Shown here: positions 13,766 to 22,282 of the stretch, in pieces
Numbering within the stretch: the first letter of the stretch is position 1
Layout: each line of letters starts with the position of its first letter
Notes under the pieces: model-generated
The model's database searches: none
What the model saw: the letters and a program-made list of their open reading frames with translations, nothing else
Told to the model about the DNA's origin: nothing
Position numbers and translations under genes: made by a program
Assembly (NCBI GenBank): GCA_033762595.1
Contig: JANRLM010000010.1
Coordinates: forward strand, 9,494 to 33,493
Origin: Rickettsiales bacterium
GTDB lineage: Bacteria; Pseudomonadota; Alphaproteobacteria; Rickettsiales; UBA8987
Direction: 5' to 3'
Length of the DNA: 24,000 bases

Positions 13766-15064
13766 ATGCCTAAAGAAATATTAATGCCAGCACTTTCGCC
13801 AACAATGACAGAAGGTAACCTTGCTAAATGGACGAAAAAAGAGGGTGATAAAATAAAAGCTGGTGATGTAATTGCTGAAATTGAAACAGATAAAGCTACA
13901 ATGGAAGTTGAGGCTGTAGATGAGGGAATTCTTGGAAAAATCATCATTCAGCAAGGCACAAACCAAGTGAAAGTGAATCAAGTAATCGCATTAATTTTGG
14001 AAGATGGCGAAGATAAAAAAGCTCTTGATGCTTACCAAATCAAGCAACCAGAAGCCCCTAAGAAGGAAGAAGTCGCTAACCAGAATTCTAGTATCAGTGC
14101 AAGCGTTAGTAAAGCTCCGAGCATCGCTCCGCAGATTACTGCCGCCCCAAGAATTGCCCCACAAATTGCACCATCAACTATTAACCATCAACCATCAACC
14201 AATACTAAAGCTAGCCCCCTAGCTAAAAAAGTGGCACAAAATAGCGGTGTTGATTTATCTTCAGTGAAGGGAACAGGGCCAAAGGGCAGGGTGGTTAAGG
14301 GTGATGTTGAAGATTTCCTTGCAAATGGTGGCGGTTCTAATGTTATCCGCAGAAATCCAGTAGCGTTTGAGAGTTTTCCAAATTCAAATATCCGCCAAGT
14401 TATTGCCAGAAGGCTTCTTGAATCTAAACAACAAGTTCCGCATTTTTACCTAACGATTGATTTGGATGTTGATAATCTGCTTGAAACTCGTCGCCAAATT
14501 AATGACTTAGCACCAGTTTCAGAAGATGGCAAACCGCTCTACAAAATCTCCGTAAATGATTTGGTTATCAAGGCTTCAGCCCTTGCCCTCAGGGATGTTC
14601 CAGCGGCAAATTCAAGCTGGTATGATGACGCAATTGTGCAATATAATAATGTTGATATTTCGGTTGCGGTGGCGACCGATGGCGGTTTGATTACGCCAAT
14701 CATCTTCAATGCGGATCAAAAATCTGTAATTGCAATTTCAAACGAAATGAAAACACTTGCGAAGAAAGCTCGTGAAAACAAGCTTAAACCTGAAGAATTC
14801 CAAGGCGGTGGTTTTTCAATTTCAAATCTTGGAATGTATGGAATTAAAACTTTCTCAGCGATTATAAACCCGCCACAATCTTGCATTTTAGCGGTTGGCG
14901 CATCTGAGGAAAAACCAGTTGTGAAAAACGGCCAAATCAAAACTGCAAATATTATGAGCGTTACACTTTCCGTAGATCACCGCTCGGTTGATGGTGCAGT
15001 TGGTGCAGAATTCCTCCAATCCTTCAAAAAATATATTGAGAATCCCGCAGGATTGTTGGTGTGA
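13766..15064 (+). CDS. pdhC: Pyruvate dehydrogenase complex E2, dihydrolipoyllysine-residue acetyltransferase
   Basis: 432 aa. One lipoyl domain ([15 protein letters not shown]), an Ala/Pro-rich linker, a peripheral-subunit-binding domain ([33 protein letters not shown]), and a catalytic domain with DHRSVDGA. Confidence 0.9.
   Translation: MPKEILMPALSPTMTEGNLAKWTKKEGDKIKAGDVIAEIETDKATMEVEAVDEGILGKIIIQQGTNQVKVNQVIALILEDGEDKKALDAYQIKQPEAPKKEEVANQNSSISASVSKAPSIAPQITAAPRIAPQIAPSTINHQPSTNTKASPLAKKVAQNSGVDLSSVKGTGPKGRVVKGDVEDFLANGGGSNVIRRNPVAFESFPNSNIRQVIARRLLESKQQVPHFYLTIDLDVDNLLETRRQINDLAPVSEDGKPLYKISVNDLVIKASALALRDVPAANSSWYDDAIVQYNNVDISVAVATDGGLITPIIFNADQKSVIAISNEMKTLAKKARENKLKPEEFQGGGFSISNLGMYGIKTFSAIINPPQSCILAVGASEEKPVVKNGQIKTANIMSVTLSVDHRSVDGAVGAEFLQSFKKYIENPAGLLV
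14170..14201 (+). repeat. 32-bp perfect inverted repeat, right arm (inside the pdhC linker)
   Basis: ACCATCAACTATTAACCATCAACCATCAACCA, read CCA TCA ACT ATT AAC CAT CAA CCA TCA ACC = [10 protein letters not shown]. The frame and peptide are the same as in cysNC. Confidence 0.9.
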
Positions 15065-15067
15065 GAT

Positions 15068-15886
15068 ATGCTTGATGTTAAACTTTTCAAATTCATTAAT
15101 GACAAAACTCTTGAAATAAAGGAAGATTTTTCAGGAAATGAAAAATCAATTCAAAAAATATTTGAGAGTAATTTGGAAAGCTTGCTTAATATATATTTTC
15201 TTGAAACTGAATTCAGCACTGGATATCATCACGGCGGAAGAATAGATACATTAGGGCTTGATGCTAACAACTGCCCTGTAGTTATTGAGTATAAAAAAAA
15301 TTCAGATGCTAATGTTATTACACAAGGTTTATATTACCTAGATTGGCTTTTTGATCATCAATCAGATTTTAGAGATTTAGTAAAACATAAACTTGGAGAA
15401 GAAAAGGCAAATTATATAAATTTTGCTCAATCAAGGCTTATATGTATTTCAAGGGAGTTTAATAAGTTTGATTTTTCTGCAATTCAGCACATTAACAAAA
15501 ATATTGATTTAATTAAGTATAGAAAATTTCAAGATAATGTTTTTTACATTGAAACCATAGACCCTAAAAACATCATTAGAAAGCCAATTAAAGTGCTTCA
15601 TAACAATAAGGTAAATAATAAAATAACCATTCAGAAAAATGAGGCGGAACAAGAGGAAAAGAGCAGATTTGAAAATAAAGTTGCTAAGTTGTTAAATTGG
15701 ATTGAAAAACAAGGCGGGTTAGTTGATAAAACAAAAATGTTACAGAATTTCGGCAAGCATTTTGACAATAGGAGAGAAAGAGAAGAAGCAATACAGGAAT
15801 TAATTGAAAGGGAAGCAATAGAAGCTATTAATATTGGTGAAGCAGGAAGAAAGAAAACAGGCTATAAAATAAAAATTCCCACTTAA
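15068..15886 (+). CDS. NucS/DUF91-like PD-(D/E)xK nuclease-fold protein with a charged, probably winged-helix C-terminal region
   Basis: 272 aa. FLETEF...GGRIDTLGLDANNCPVVIEYKKNSDANVITQGLYYLDWL parallels the NucS C-terminal nuclease core (E...G.ID..G.D......VV.E.K.......Q...Y). The start lies 3 nt after the pdhC stop. Confidence 0.55.
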   Translation: MLDVKLFKFINDKTLEIKEDFSGNEKSIQKIFESNLESLLNIYFLETEFSTGYHHGGRIDTLGLDANNCPVVIEYKKNSDANVITQGLYYLDWLFDHQSDFRDLVKHKLGEEKANYINFAQSRLICISREFNKFDFSAIQHINKNIDLIKYRKFQDNVFYIETIDPKNIIRKPIKVLHNNKVNNKITIQKNEAEQEEKSRFENKVAKLLNWIEKQGGLVDKTKMLQNFGKHFDNRREREEAIQELIEREAIEAINIGEAGRKKTGYKIKIPT

Positions 15887-15942
15887 AGATAGTTAAAGTA
15901 AAAAAATAATTATGTTCACTAAGTATATTTTTTGGTATTTAT

Positions 15943-16315
15943 AGGTAAGTATAGATTTTATTAAATTATCTGCTGTTTTTCTTCTATAATATCACCCCCG
16001 CTTCAGGCAGTAACATCTGCCTTCAGTATTGCGGGGGTTAAAGAGATTGTTAGTAATATAAGACTTCATTCCCGCCCCGTGTTAAGCACGGGGTAAACTC
16101 CAGCGGGAATCCATAAAATACACTGGATACCCGCTTTCGTGGGTATGAATAGAAAAGGTTGAATAATTCCAGCGAGTTGCTTTATGCTTAACCCCTATAA
16201 ATACCCGCAATAAATGCGGGGTAACAATTGTTGGCTATTGAGCTTAAATCTATACCTACCGAAACTAAGGGGTAGAAACACCTCAACTTTCGCCCAGCAA
16301 TAAATGCGGGGTGAT
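15943..16315. repeat. Cluster of at least five palindromic (REP/RPE-like) elements in an ORF-free spacer
   Basis: Elements:
- 15991-16040: ACCCCCGC...GCGGGGGT stem with a 29-nt insert.
- 16068-16110: nested ATTCCCGC/GCGGGAAT around CCCGTG-TTAAG-CACGGG.
- 16127-16146: ATACCC...GGGTAT.
- 16203-16222 and 16292-16315: CCCGCAATAAATGCGGGG-type copies in reverse orientation. Confidence 0.8.
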
Positions 16316-16374
16316 AAATTTTTGAGTTAGTTTATATTAAAATAACTTTGGTAAATTTTAATTCCAAAACCGCC

Positions 16375-16818
16375 CTAACTCTCCTCCCAGCTGCCTTTTT
16401 CATTCTGTTTGAAGAATTTTAGTATAAGGTTTTCGTTTGATTTTAGGGCTTTCCAGAGTTTTCTTGCATTGTCGGTTTCTTGTTTATCTGCTTGGTTGAA
16501 AATTACTAAAGTTCTCTCAAAATTTTGGTAAAAATCATCATCTAAAATACCAATATTAACCAAAAACTTTGCACCATTTGGGTTATCATTTGCGGAAGTT
16601 AAATAGATTGGTTGCTCTGCCTTAAAATCCTCATCTTCAGTGCCGTGCGGTAAAAATCTTGTGCCACCAACTGCCCAAAGTGATTTATCAAGTTCTTTTA
16701 GTAAATCTTTGTTTTTGCAGAGTAAAACCGCACGATTGCCAGTGCTTAAAATTTTTTCTAACAACACTGGCAAGGCTTGCTCTATCGGGCTTGAACTTAA
16801 TTGATAAAATGAGATCAT
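16375..16818 (-). CDS. holC: DNA polymerase III chi subunit
   Basis: 147 aa. FYQLSSSPIEQALPVLLEKILSTGNRAVLLC...LDKSLW...FLPHG matches the HolC N-terminal pattern, and the size fits. Confidence 0.8.
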   Translation of the reverse strand: MISFYQLSSSPIEQALPVLLEKILSTGNRAVLLCKNKDLLKELDKSLWAVGGTRFLPHGTEDEDFKAEQPIYLTSANDNPNGAKFLVNIGILDDDFYQNFERTLVIFNQADKQETDNARKLWKALKSNENLILKFFKQNEKGSWEES

Positions 16819-16820
16819 TT

Positions 16821-18131
16821 CTACTCTCCGAAAACGCGTTTGAAAATATAATCAACATTTTTTACATGGTAGGTATCATCAAAGCAATCTTCTAATTCTT
16901 GCTCAGACATTTTGGATTTTATTTCAGCGTCTGATTTCAATTCCTCAAGGAAAACCTTACCTTCTTGCCAAACCTTCATAGCGTTTCTTTGCACGATTGC
17001 GTAAGCATCTTCACGCAAAAACCCTTTTTGAGTTAGTGCGAGAAGAACCCTTTGAGAATTATGCAAACCACCAAGCCTATCCATATTTTTTTGCATATTA
17101 TCTGGATATACAACAAGATTTTTTATCAAGCCTTCCAACCTTGCAAGTGCGAAATCTAAGGTAACGCAAGCATCTGGGGCGATCATCCTTTCAACTGATG
17201 AGTGGGAAATATCCCTCTCGTGCCATAACGCAACATTCTCTAAAGCAGGGATTGCATAACCTCGCACAAGCCTTGCAAGACCTGTTATATTCTCACTCAG
17301 AACAGGGTTTCTTTTATGTGGCATCGCTGATGAGCCTTTTTGGCCTTTTGAGAAAAATTCTTCCGCTTCTAAAACTTCAGTGCGTTGCAAGTGGCGGATT
17401 TCAACAGCAAAACGCTCTATTGAACTTGCGATAACCGCAAGTGTTACAAAAAATTCTGCGTGCCTATCTCTTGGAATTACTTGCGTTGAGATGGGTTCAG
17501 GCTGAAGCCCTAATTTTTTCGCAACATATTCCTCAACGAATGGATTAATATTGGCAAATGTTCCAACCGCACCAGAAATCGCACAGGTTGAAATATCAGT
17601 AATTGCAGATTTTAAGCGGTTTTTATTTCGCTCAAACTCAGCGTAAAAGCCAGCCATTTTGAGGCCGAAAGTTACAGGCTCTGCGTGGATTCCGTGGCTT
17701 CTGCCAATAGTTATAGTGTATTTATGCTCAAAAGATTTTTCTTTTAGTGCCACCAAAACTTTTTCTAAATCCTCTAAAAGTAGCAGGCCTGCTTGCTTTA
17801 ACTGAACGCTTAGGCAAGTATCAAGCACATCACTTGAGGTCATTCCTTGATGCACAAAGCGGGAATCATCACCGATAAAACTGGCTAAATGCGTCAGGAA
17901 TGCGATAACATCGTGCTTTGTAACTTGCTCAATTTCATCGATTTTATTAATATCTTCTTGGCTAAACTTTGTAGGAGAATTTTTACTGATATTTTCCGCT
18001 GATTTTTTTGGAATAACACCAAGCTCAGCCATTGCTTCACAGGCAAAAACCTCAATATCTCGCCAGATTTTAAGGCGATTTTCCGGCTGCCAAATATCAG
18101 CCATTATTTTTCTAGTATATCTTGGGATCAT
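16821..18131 (-). CDS. purB: Adenylosuccinate lyase
   Basis: 436 aa. MIPRYTR...IW start, TSSDVLDT, and the fumarate-lyase signature GSSAMPHKRNP. Confidence 0.92.
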   Translation of the reverse strand: MIPRYTRKIMADIWQPENRLKIWRDIEVFACEAMAELGVIPKKSAENISKNSPTKFSQEDINKIDEIEQVTKHDVIAFLTHLASFIGDDSRFVHQGMTSSDVLDTCLSVQLKQAGLLLLEDLEKVLVALKEKSFEHKYTITIGRSHGIHAEPVTFGLKMAGFYAEFERNKNRLKSAITDISTCAISGAVGTFANINPFVEEYVAKKLGLQPEPISTQVIPRDRHAEFFVTLAVIASSIERFAVEIRHLQRTEVLEAEEFFSKGQKGSSAMPHKRNPVLSENITGLARLVRGYAIPALENVALWHERDISHSSVERMIAPDACVTLDFALARLEGLIKNLVVYPDNMQKNMDRLGGLHNSQRVLLALTQKGFLREDAYAIVQRNAMKVWQEGKVFLEELKSDAEIKSKMSEQELEDCFDDTYHVKNVDYIFKRVFGE

Positions 18132-18228
18132 AGGGTTAACCTAATTTAGTATTGCTTTTTGTAAAAAGTAACTTATCAATTTTTTAGAATTATTGGTTGA
18201 AAATACTTTTTTATTTTGAAAGGGCAAT

Positions 18229-19125
18229 ATGGAATATATAAAATCAAATTTATCTGAACCTTTAGCAAAGAAAATTATAGGTAAAAAAGAAAATGCAGAG
18301 AAATATCTTTTAATGTTTAACGATATTAGGCCAATAAAAGATATAAAATTTAAAAATATTTCTAAGGGAAAAAACTCAGGCAATTTAATATTAGATGAGT
18401 CAAATGAAATTTGGAAATTAATTGTTGACAATTGGGATTATGAAGTCAGTAAAAAAATAATTAGAGAAATATTTAAAACTACTAACAAATATAAAAGTGG
18501 AAAGGTAGCGAATGATGCGATGGTTTTACTAATTGAGGAGTGGAATAATTTAAATCTTGGTAAAATTCAATGGCCTTTTTCACAGGGTGCATTTGATGAA
18601 TTTGTTCAGAGGGTTAATAGGGGAGAAGAGCTTGGTCAATATAAAGATGAAAAAGTAAAGTTAGCAGCCGTTCAGTATAGAAGAATAAAAGAAATTAACA
18701 CAGTAAGAAATGACTTTATAGAAACTTTAATTTTTGAGAAGAATGAAAATATACTTCCTACTCTTAACCATAGACGAGGAGTTGATTATTTCATAAATGG
18801 TTTTTCTTACGACCAAAAAGTAGCAAAAAGTCCAACAAATGAATTCAAAAAACACTACGGAGATAATTGGAGGGAAAAAGCCATCCAAGAACCCGCCCTA
18901 GTTGCAAAATATCTTTATCAATATCAAGATGAGGGAAGATTTGGGAGTGATCCAAGATTATTAGTTGTTTATTTAGACGAAGATGTTTCTATAGAAAAAA
19001 TTAGAGAAATAATTAATAAAACCGATTTAAGCAACCCTATTGAAATAAATTTTTCTTTTAAGCATAAGAATCAAGGCGAGGTGAGCTATAAAGTAAGTTG
19101 TTTTATAATTTTATTATATAACTGA
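18229..19125 (+). CDS. Unknown protein; candidate type II restriction endonuclease partner of the adjacent methyltransferase
   Basis: 298 aa with SD AAAGGG upstream. Its stop is 3 nt before the methyltransferase start. The only hint of a nuclease is a possible D...(D/E)xK arrangement (RGVDYFINGFSYDQKVAK). The assignment rests mainly on gene context. Confidence 0.4.
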   Translation: MEYIKSNLSEPLAKKIIGKKENAEKYLLMFNDIRPIKDIKFKNISKGKNSGNLILDESNEIWKLIVDNWDYEVSKKIIREIFKTTNKYKSGKVANDAMVLLIEEWNNLNLGKIQWPFSQGAFDEFVQRVNRGEELGQYKDEKVKLAAVQYRRIKEINTVRNDFIETLIFEKNENILPTLNHRRGVDYFINGFSYDQKVAKSPTNEFKKHYGDNWREKAIQEPALVAKYLYQYQDEGRFGSDPRLLVVYLDEDVSIEKIREIINKTDLSNPIEINFSFKHKNQGEVSYKVSCFIILLYN

Positions 19126-19128
19126 TAT

Positions 19129-20196
19129 ATGAACTATATAGGTAGCAAATTATCACTTTTGGGCTTCTTAGAAGAATCAATAAATAAAGTGGTTGATGAT
19201 AATTGTGCTGTATTTTGTGATTTATTTGCAGGAACAGGAATAGTGGGTAGCTATTTTAAAAAAAGAGGTTATAAAATAATTGCAAATGATATTCAATATT
19301 ACAGCTATGTCTTAAATAAGCATTACATTTCTAACGTAGGTGAATTAGAATTTATTAAATTATCTGGGGAAATTAATCAACTAAAAGACATAAAGATACC
19401 TTATAGAAAATATTTTGTATGTAGTTATTTGTCAAAACTAAACGGAGTAAAGGGGTTTATCTATGATAATTATTGTTTGGGCGGAACTATAAATAGTAAC
19501 TCTCCTAGGCAATATTTTTCTGATTTAAATGGGATGAGATGCGATGCAATCCGTCAAAAAATTGAATTTTGGAAAGAAAAAGGGTTATTATTAGAAAATG
19601 AATATTTTTTTTTAATAGCTAGCCTTATAGAGTCTGTTGATAAACACGCAAACACGGCTTCTGTTTATGGAGCTTTTCTTAAAAATCTAAAAAAATCAGC
19701 ACAAAAAGATTTTATTTTGAAGCCAGCAGAAATAATTATAAATGATAAACAGCACAATGTTTTTAATGATGATATTAATAGAATATTAGAAAGAGTAAGT
19801 GGCGATATTTTTTATTTAGATCCCCCATACAATCATCGCCAATATGCTACAAATTACCATATTTTAGAAACTATATCCAAGTATGACGCACCTAAAATTA
19901 AAGGAAAAACTGGACTGAGAGAATACCATAATCAAAAATCTAACTATTGCTCTAGATCTAAAGTAATAGACACCTTCAAAGAAACAATAATTAAATCTAA
20001 GGCGAAATATATATTTCTTAGTTACAATAACGAAGGGTTAATGAATTTTAATGATATAAAAGAGATTATGAGCTTACGAGGTAAGTATGGGTATTTTGTT
20101 AAAGAATACAATCGCTTTAAATCTGATAAATCTGAAAATAGAAATTATATTTCATCTAAAACACAAGAGTATTTGCACTATGTTGTTTGTAATTAG
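19129..20196 (+). CDS. Dam-family (D12 class, alpha-type) N6-adenine DNA methyltransferase
   Basis: 355 aa. N-terminal YIGSK, the SAM motif DLFAGTGIVG followed by ANDI, and the catalytic FYLDPPY. The motif order FxGxG ... DPPY is that of alpha-class enzymes. Confidence 0.8.
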   Translation: MNYIGSKLSLLGFLEESINKVVDDNCAVFCDLFAGTGIVGSYFKKRGYKIIANDIQYYSYVLNKHYISNVGELEFIKLSGEINQLKDIKIPYRKYFVCSYLSKLNGVKGFIYDNYCLGGTINSNSPRQYFSDLNGMRCDAIRQKIEFWKEKGLLLENEYFFLIASLIESVDKHANTASVYGAFLKNLKKSAQKDFILKPAEIIINDKQHNVFNDDINRILERVSGDIFYLDPPYNHRQYATNYHILETISKYDAPKIKGKTGLREYHNQKSNYCSRSKVIDTFKETIIKSKAKYIFLSYNNEGLMNFNDIKEIMSLRGKYGYFVKEYNRFKSDKSENRNYISSKTQEYLHYVVCN

Positions 20197-20201
20197 TTAA
20201 A

Positions 20202-20843
20202 TTACCTAGTTGTTATAATTATTATAAGTAAAATTAGTGTGGTGAGGAAAAAATAAGTTTGATACTTAAATTTTTTCTTCTCCCAATCTTCGCTGTAAGC
20301 CTTGTTGTAAACCACTATTGAGTTTGCGATTTTATCGTGAAGGCCTTGCTTTTTCTTGGTGAACATTATCATTGTAAAACCAAACATAAAGGGAATTATT
20401 GAAATAAAATACCCAAAAAATCTTAATATTGATTGCATTGTTGAGAGTGGTTTTAAGCTAGTTGCATCAATAATTTTGAGGTTAAGCAAGCCTTTGCCGG
20501 GGCTGGTGCTTTTATATTTCCAAAGAATAATAAAAATTACGCCAACAATTGCTAATTGAATTATAAAATAAGTTAGTAAATTTGGCAGAAAATCATTTAT
20601 CAGATAAGGTGCGGCAATGTTTGTAAGTTCTTCATCAGAAATCTGGTTTTGAGAATGCATTTCATAAGCCTCAACAATTTCAGGTGGCATATCATTTTTT
20701 GCATTTGGTAGAAAATATCCCAGCGGAATAAATAAAATCATTATGAAAATTGAATCAATAATTTGAGCCAAAAACCTAATGCTAAAGCCTGCATAATGAA
20801 TTTTTGAATAATCTATTTGATTATCATTTGAAGGTTCATTCAT
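20202..20843 (-). CDS. RDD-family membrane protein
   Basis: 213 aa. YAGFSIRFLAQIIDSIF (R..ID), several TM helices, and a C-terminal GLHDKIANSIVV, as in the RDD family. It overlaps the bioD stop by 4 nt. Confidence 0.75.
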   Translation of the reverse strand: MNEPSNDNQIDYSKIHYAGFSIRFLAQIIDSIFIMILFIPLGYFLPNAKNDMPPEIVEAYEMHSQNQISDEELTNIAAPYLINDFLPNLLTYFIIQLAIVGVIFIILWKYKSTSPGKGLLNLKIIDATSLKPLSTMQSILRFFGYFISIIPFMFGFTMIMFTKKKQGLHDKIANSIVVYNKAYSEDWEKKKFKYQTYFFLTTLILLIIIITTR

Positions 20844-21526
20844 AGTATATATTCATCAATGATTTTTTGATTTTTTTGAGAAAATTTTTTATTTTTTCCA
20901 ACTGAAATAATAGGAATATCTATAAAATTTTCTAGCGATTTTATGGTTTCGGATTCCTTAATAAAAAGCTCATTTTTTGCATCTAAATTTTGAGAAATAA
21001 TTATTAAATCTGGCTGAATATTTAGTGTTTTCATCGCGTGAACGCAAGAGATTGTATGGCTTAGAGAGCCAAGATAACTGCCTACCACAAGCACAATTTT
21101 TTCTGCGGTTTTTGCAATTAAGTCAGAGGTGTTTTCAGTTTTATTTATAGGCACAAAAGCCCCGCCTGCGCCTTCAATAATTAAATAATCATTTTTTTCT
21201 TCTGCTTCAATTTTTTGGATAAATTTAATAATTTCATCAATTTTTGCTTCTTCAATATTTGAAATTCTCGCAGCCATATCTGGTGAAAGGGGTTTTTCAA
21301 AAAAGTAACGAGTGATTTTTTTTAGGTTATTTTTTGAATATTTTAGCCCTAAAGAATTGCATAAATTATATAAATCATTGGGGGTTTCCTCAAATTTGAA
21401 GCCGCTTATAATTGGCTTTATTGCATGGATTTTTTGTTGTTTTATATTTTTTATATAATCAATTAACAGGCAGGAAATATAAGTTTTGCCGATATTCGTG
21501 CCAGTAGATGTAATAAAAATCTTCAT
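20840..21526 (-). CDS. bioD: ATP-dependent dethiobiotin synthetase
   Basis: 228 aa. MKIFITSTGTNIGKTYIS (P-loop variant GT..GKT), IIEGAGG, and a typical length. Confidence 0.85.
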   Translation of the reverse strand: MKIFITSTGTNIGKTYISCLLIDYIKNIKQQKIHAIKPIISGFKFEETPNDLYNLCNSLGLKYSKNNLKKITRYFFEKPLSPDMAARISNIEEAKIDEIIKFIQKIEAEEKNDYLIIEGAGGAFVPINKTENTSDLIAKTAEKIVLVVGSYLGSLSHTISCVHAMKTLNIQPDLIIISQNLDAKNELFIKESETIKSLENFIDIPIISVGKNKKFSQKNQKIIDEYIL

Positions 21527-21532
21527 TATTTT

Positions 21533-22282
21533 TTATAATATTTTCTTCGCTATTATATAATAAATTTCCCAAGTGGTGGGGAATTTATTTGAATAATTTT
21601 CTATATAAATTTTCTCAATATTTTTAATCTGTGATTTAGTTAGGCTTTTTTTACTTTCATCTAAATTAACCCCTGCACCTATTGATTTCATAGAGTTTAG
21701 CATCGCAAGCAAACTTTTATATTCTATAATATTATTTTCAATTTTACTTGAAATTATTTCAAAATTATTTTTTTCTAAAGCGGAAATAATTTTTTCTAAA
21801 GAGTGGAAATTATTATTGCTTTTTATATCTAATTTTTCACTGCAAAATTTAAGCTCTTGAAGGGTTTTCTGTCCAAAAATTGAGAAAACAAAAACGCCAT
21901 TTTGAATAATAATTTTTTGAATTTCTACGAAGGTTTTTTCAATATCCAACGACCATTGCAAAGCTAAAGATGAAGTTACAAAATCAAAAGAATTTTTTTG
22001 AAAGGGCAGGGCATCAAAATCTGCCACGATAGATTTTCCAAATTTTTTATTAATATTGCACATTTCAAAAGAAAAATCTGACTGGATAATATTAAATTCC
22101 CCTAGAAACTCAGCAATAAAGCCAGTGCCAGAGCCTATATCAAGAATTTTTGAGTTTTGAGATAATTCAGCCTTAATTAAATTTGCTAAATTTTCAGCGA
22201 CTTTTTTCTGCAAAATAGCATTTTGATTGTAGCTTTCTGCATATTTTGAAAACTCATCTGCGATTTTTTGTTTGATATTCAT
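21533..22282 (-). CDS. bioC: Malonyl-[ACP] O-methyltransferase BioC (class I SAM methyltransferase)
   Basis: 249 aa. F..YA..Y...A.LQ start, ILDIGSGTGF SAM motif, LALQW, MKSIGAG, LTKSQI. These are collinear with E. coli BioC blocks, and the gene is adjacent to bioD. Confidence 0.75.
   Translation of the reverse strand: MNIKQKIADEFSKYAESYNQNAILQKKVAENLANLIKAELSQNSKILDIGSGTGFIAEFLGEFNIIQSDFSFEMCNINKKFGKSIVADFDALPFQKNSFDFVTSSLALQWSLDIEKTFVEIQKIIIQNGVFVFSIFGQKTLQELKFCSEKLDIKSNNNFHSLEKIISALEKNNFEIISSKIENNIIEYKSLLAMLNSMKSIGAGVNLDESKKSLTKSQIKNIEKIYIENYSNKFPTTWEIYYIIAKKIL

Noticed and set aside
13750-14940. ORFs 13750..13947 (-), 13781..13981 (-), 14004..14222 (+) and 14716..14940 (-)
   Set aside because: They are nested in pdhC, either antisense or out of frame. 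14004..14222 merely reads the Ala/Pro linker and the 32-bp repeat in another frame.
15943-16315. CRISPR array
   Set aside because: The repeats are individually palindromic, differ in length, occur in both orientations and are irregularly spaced. No cas genes are nearby. They are REP/RPE-like elements.
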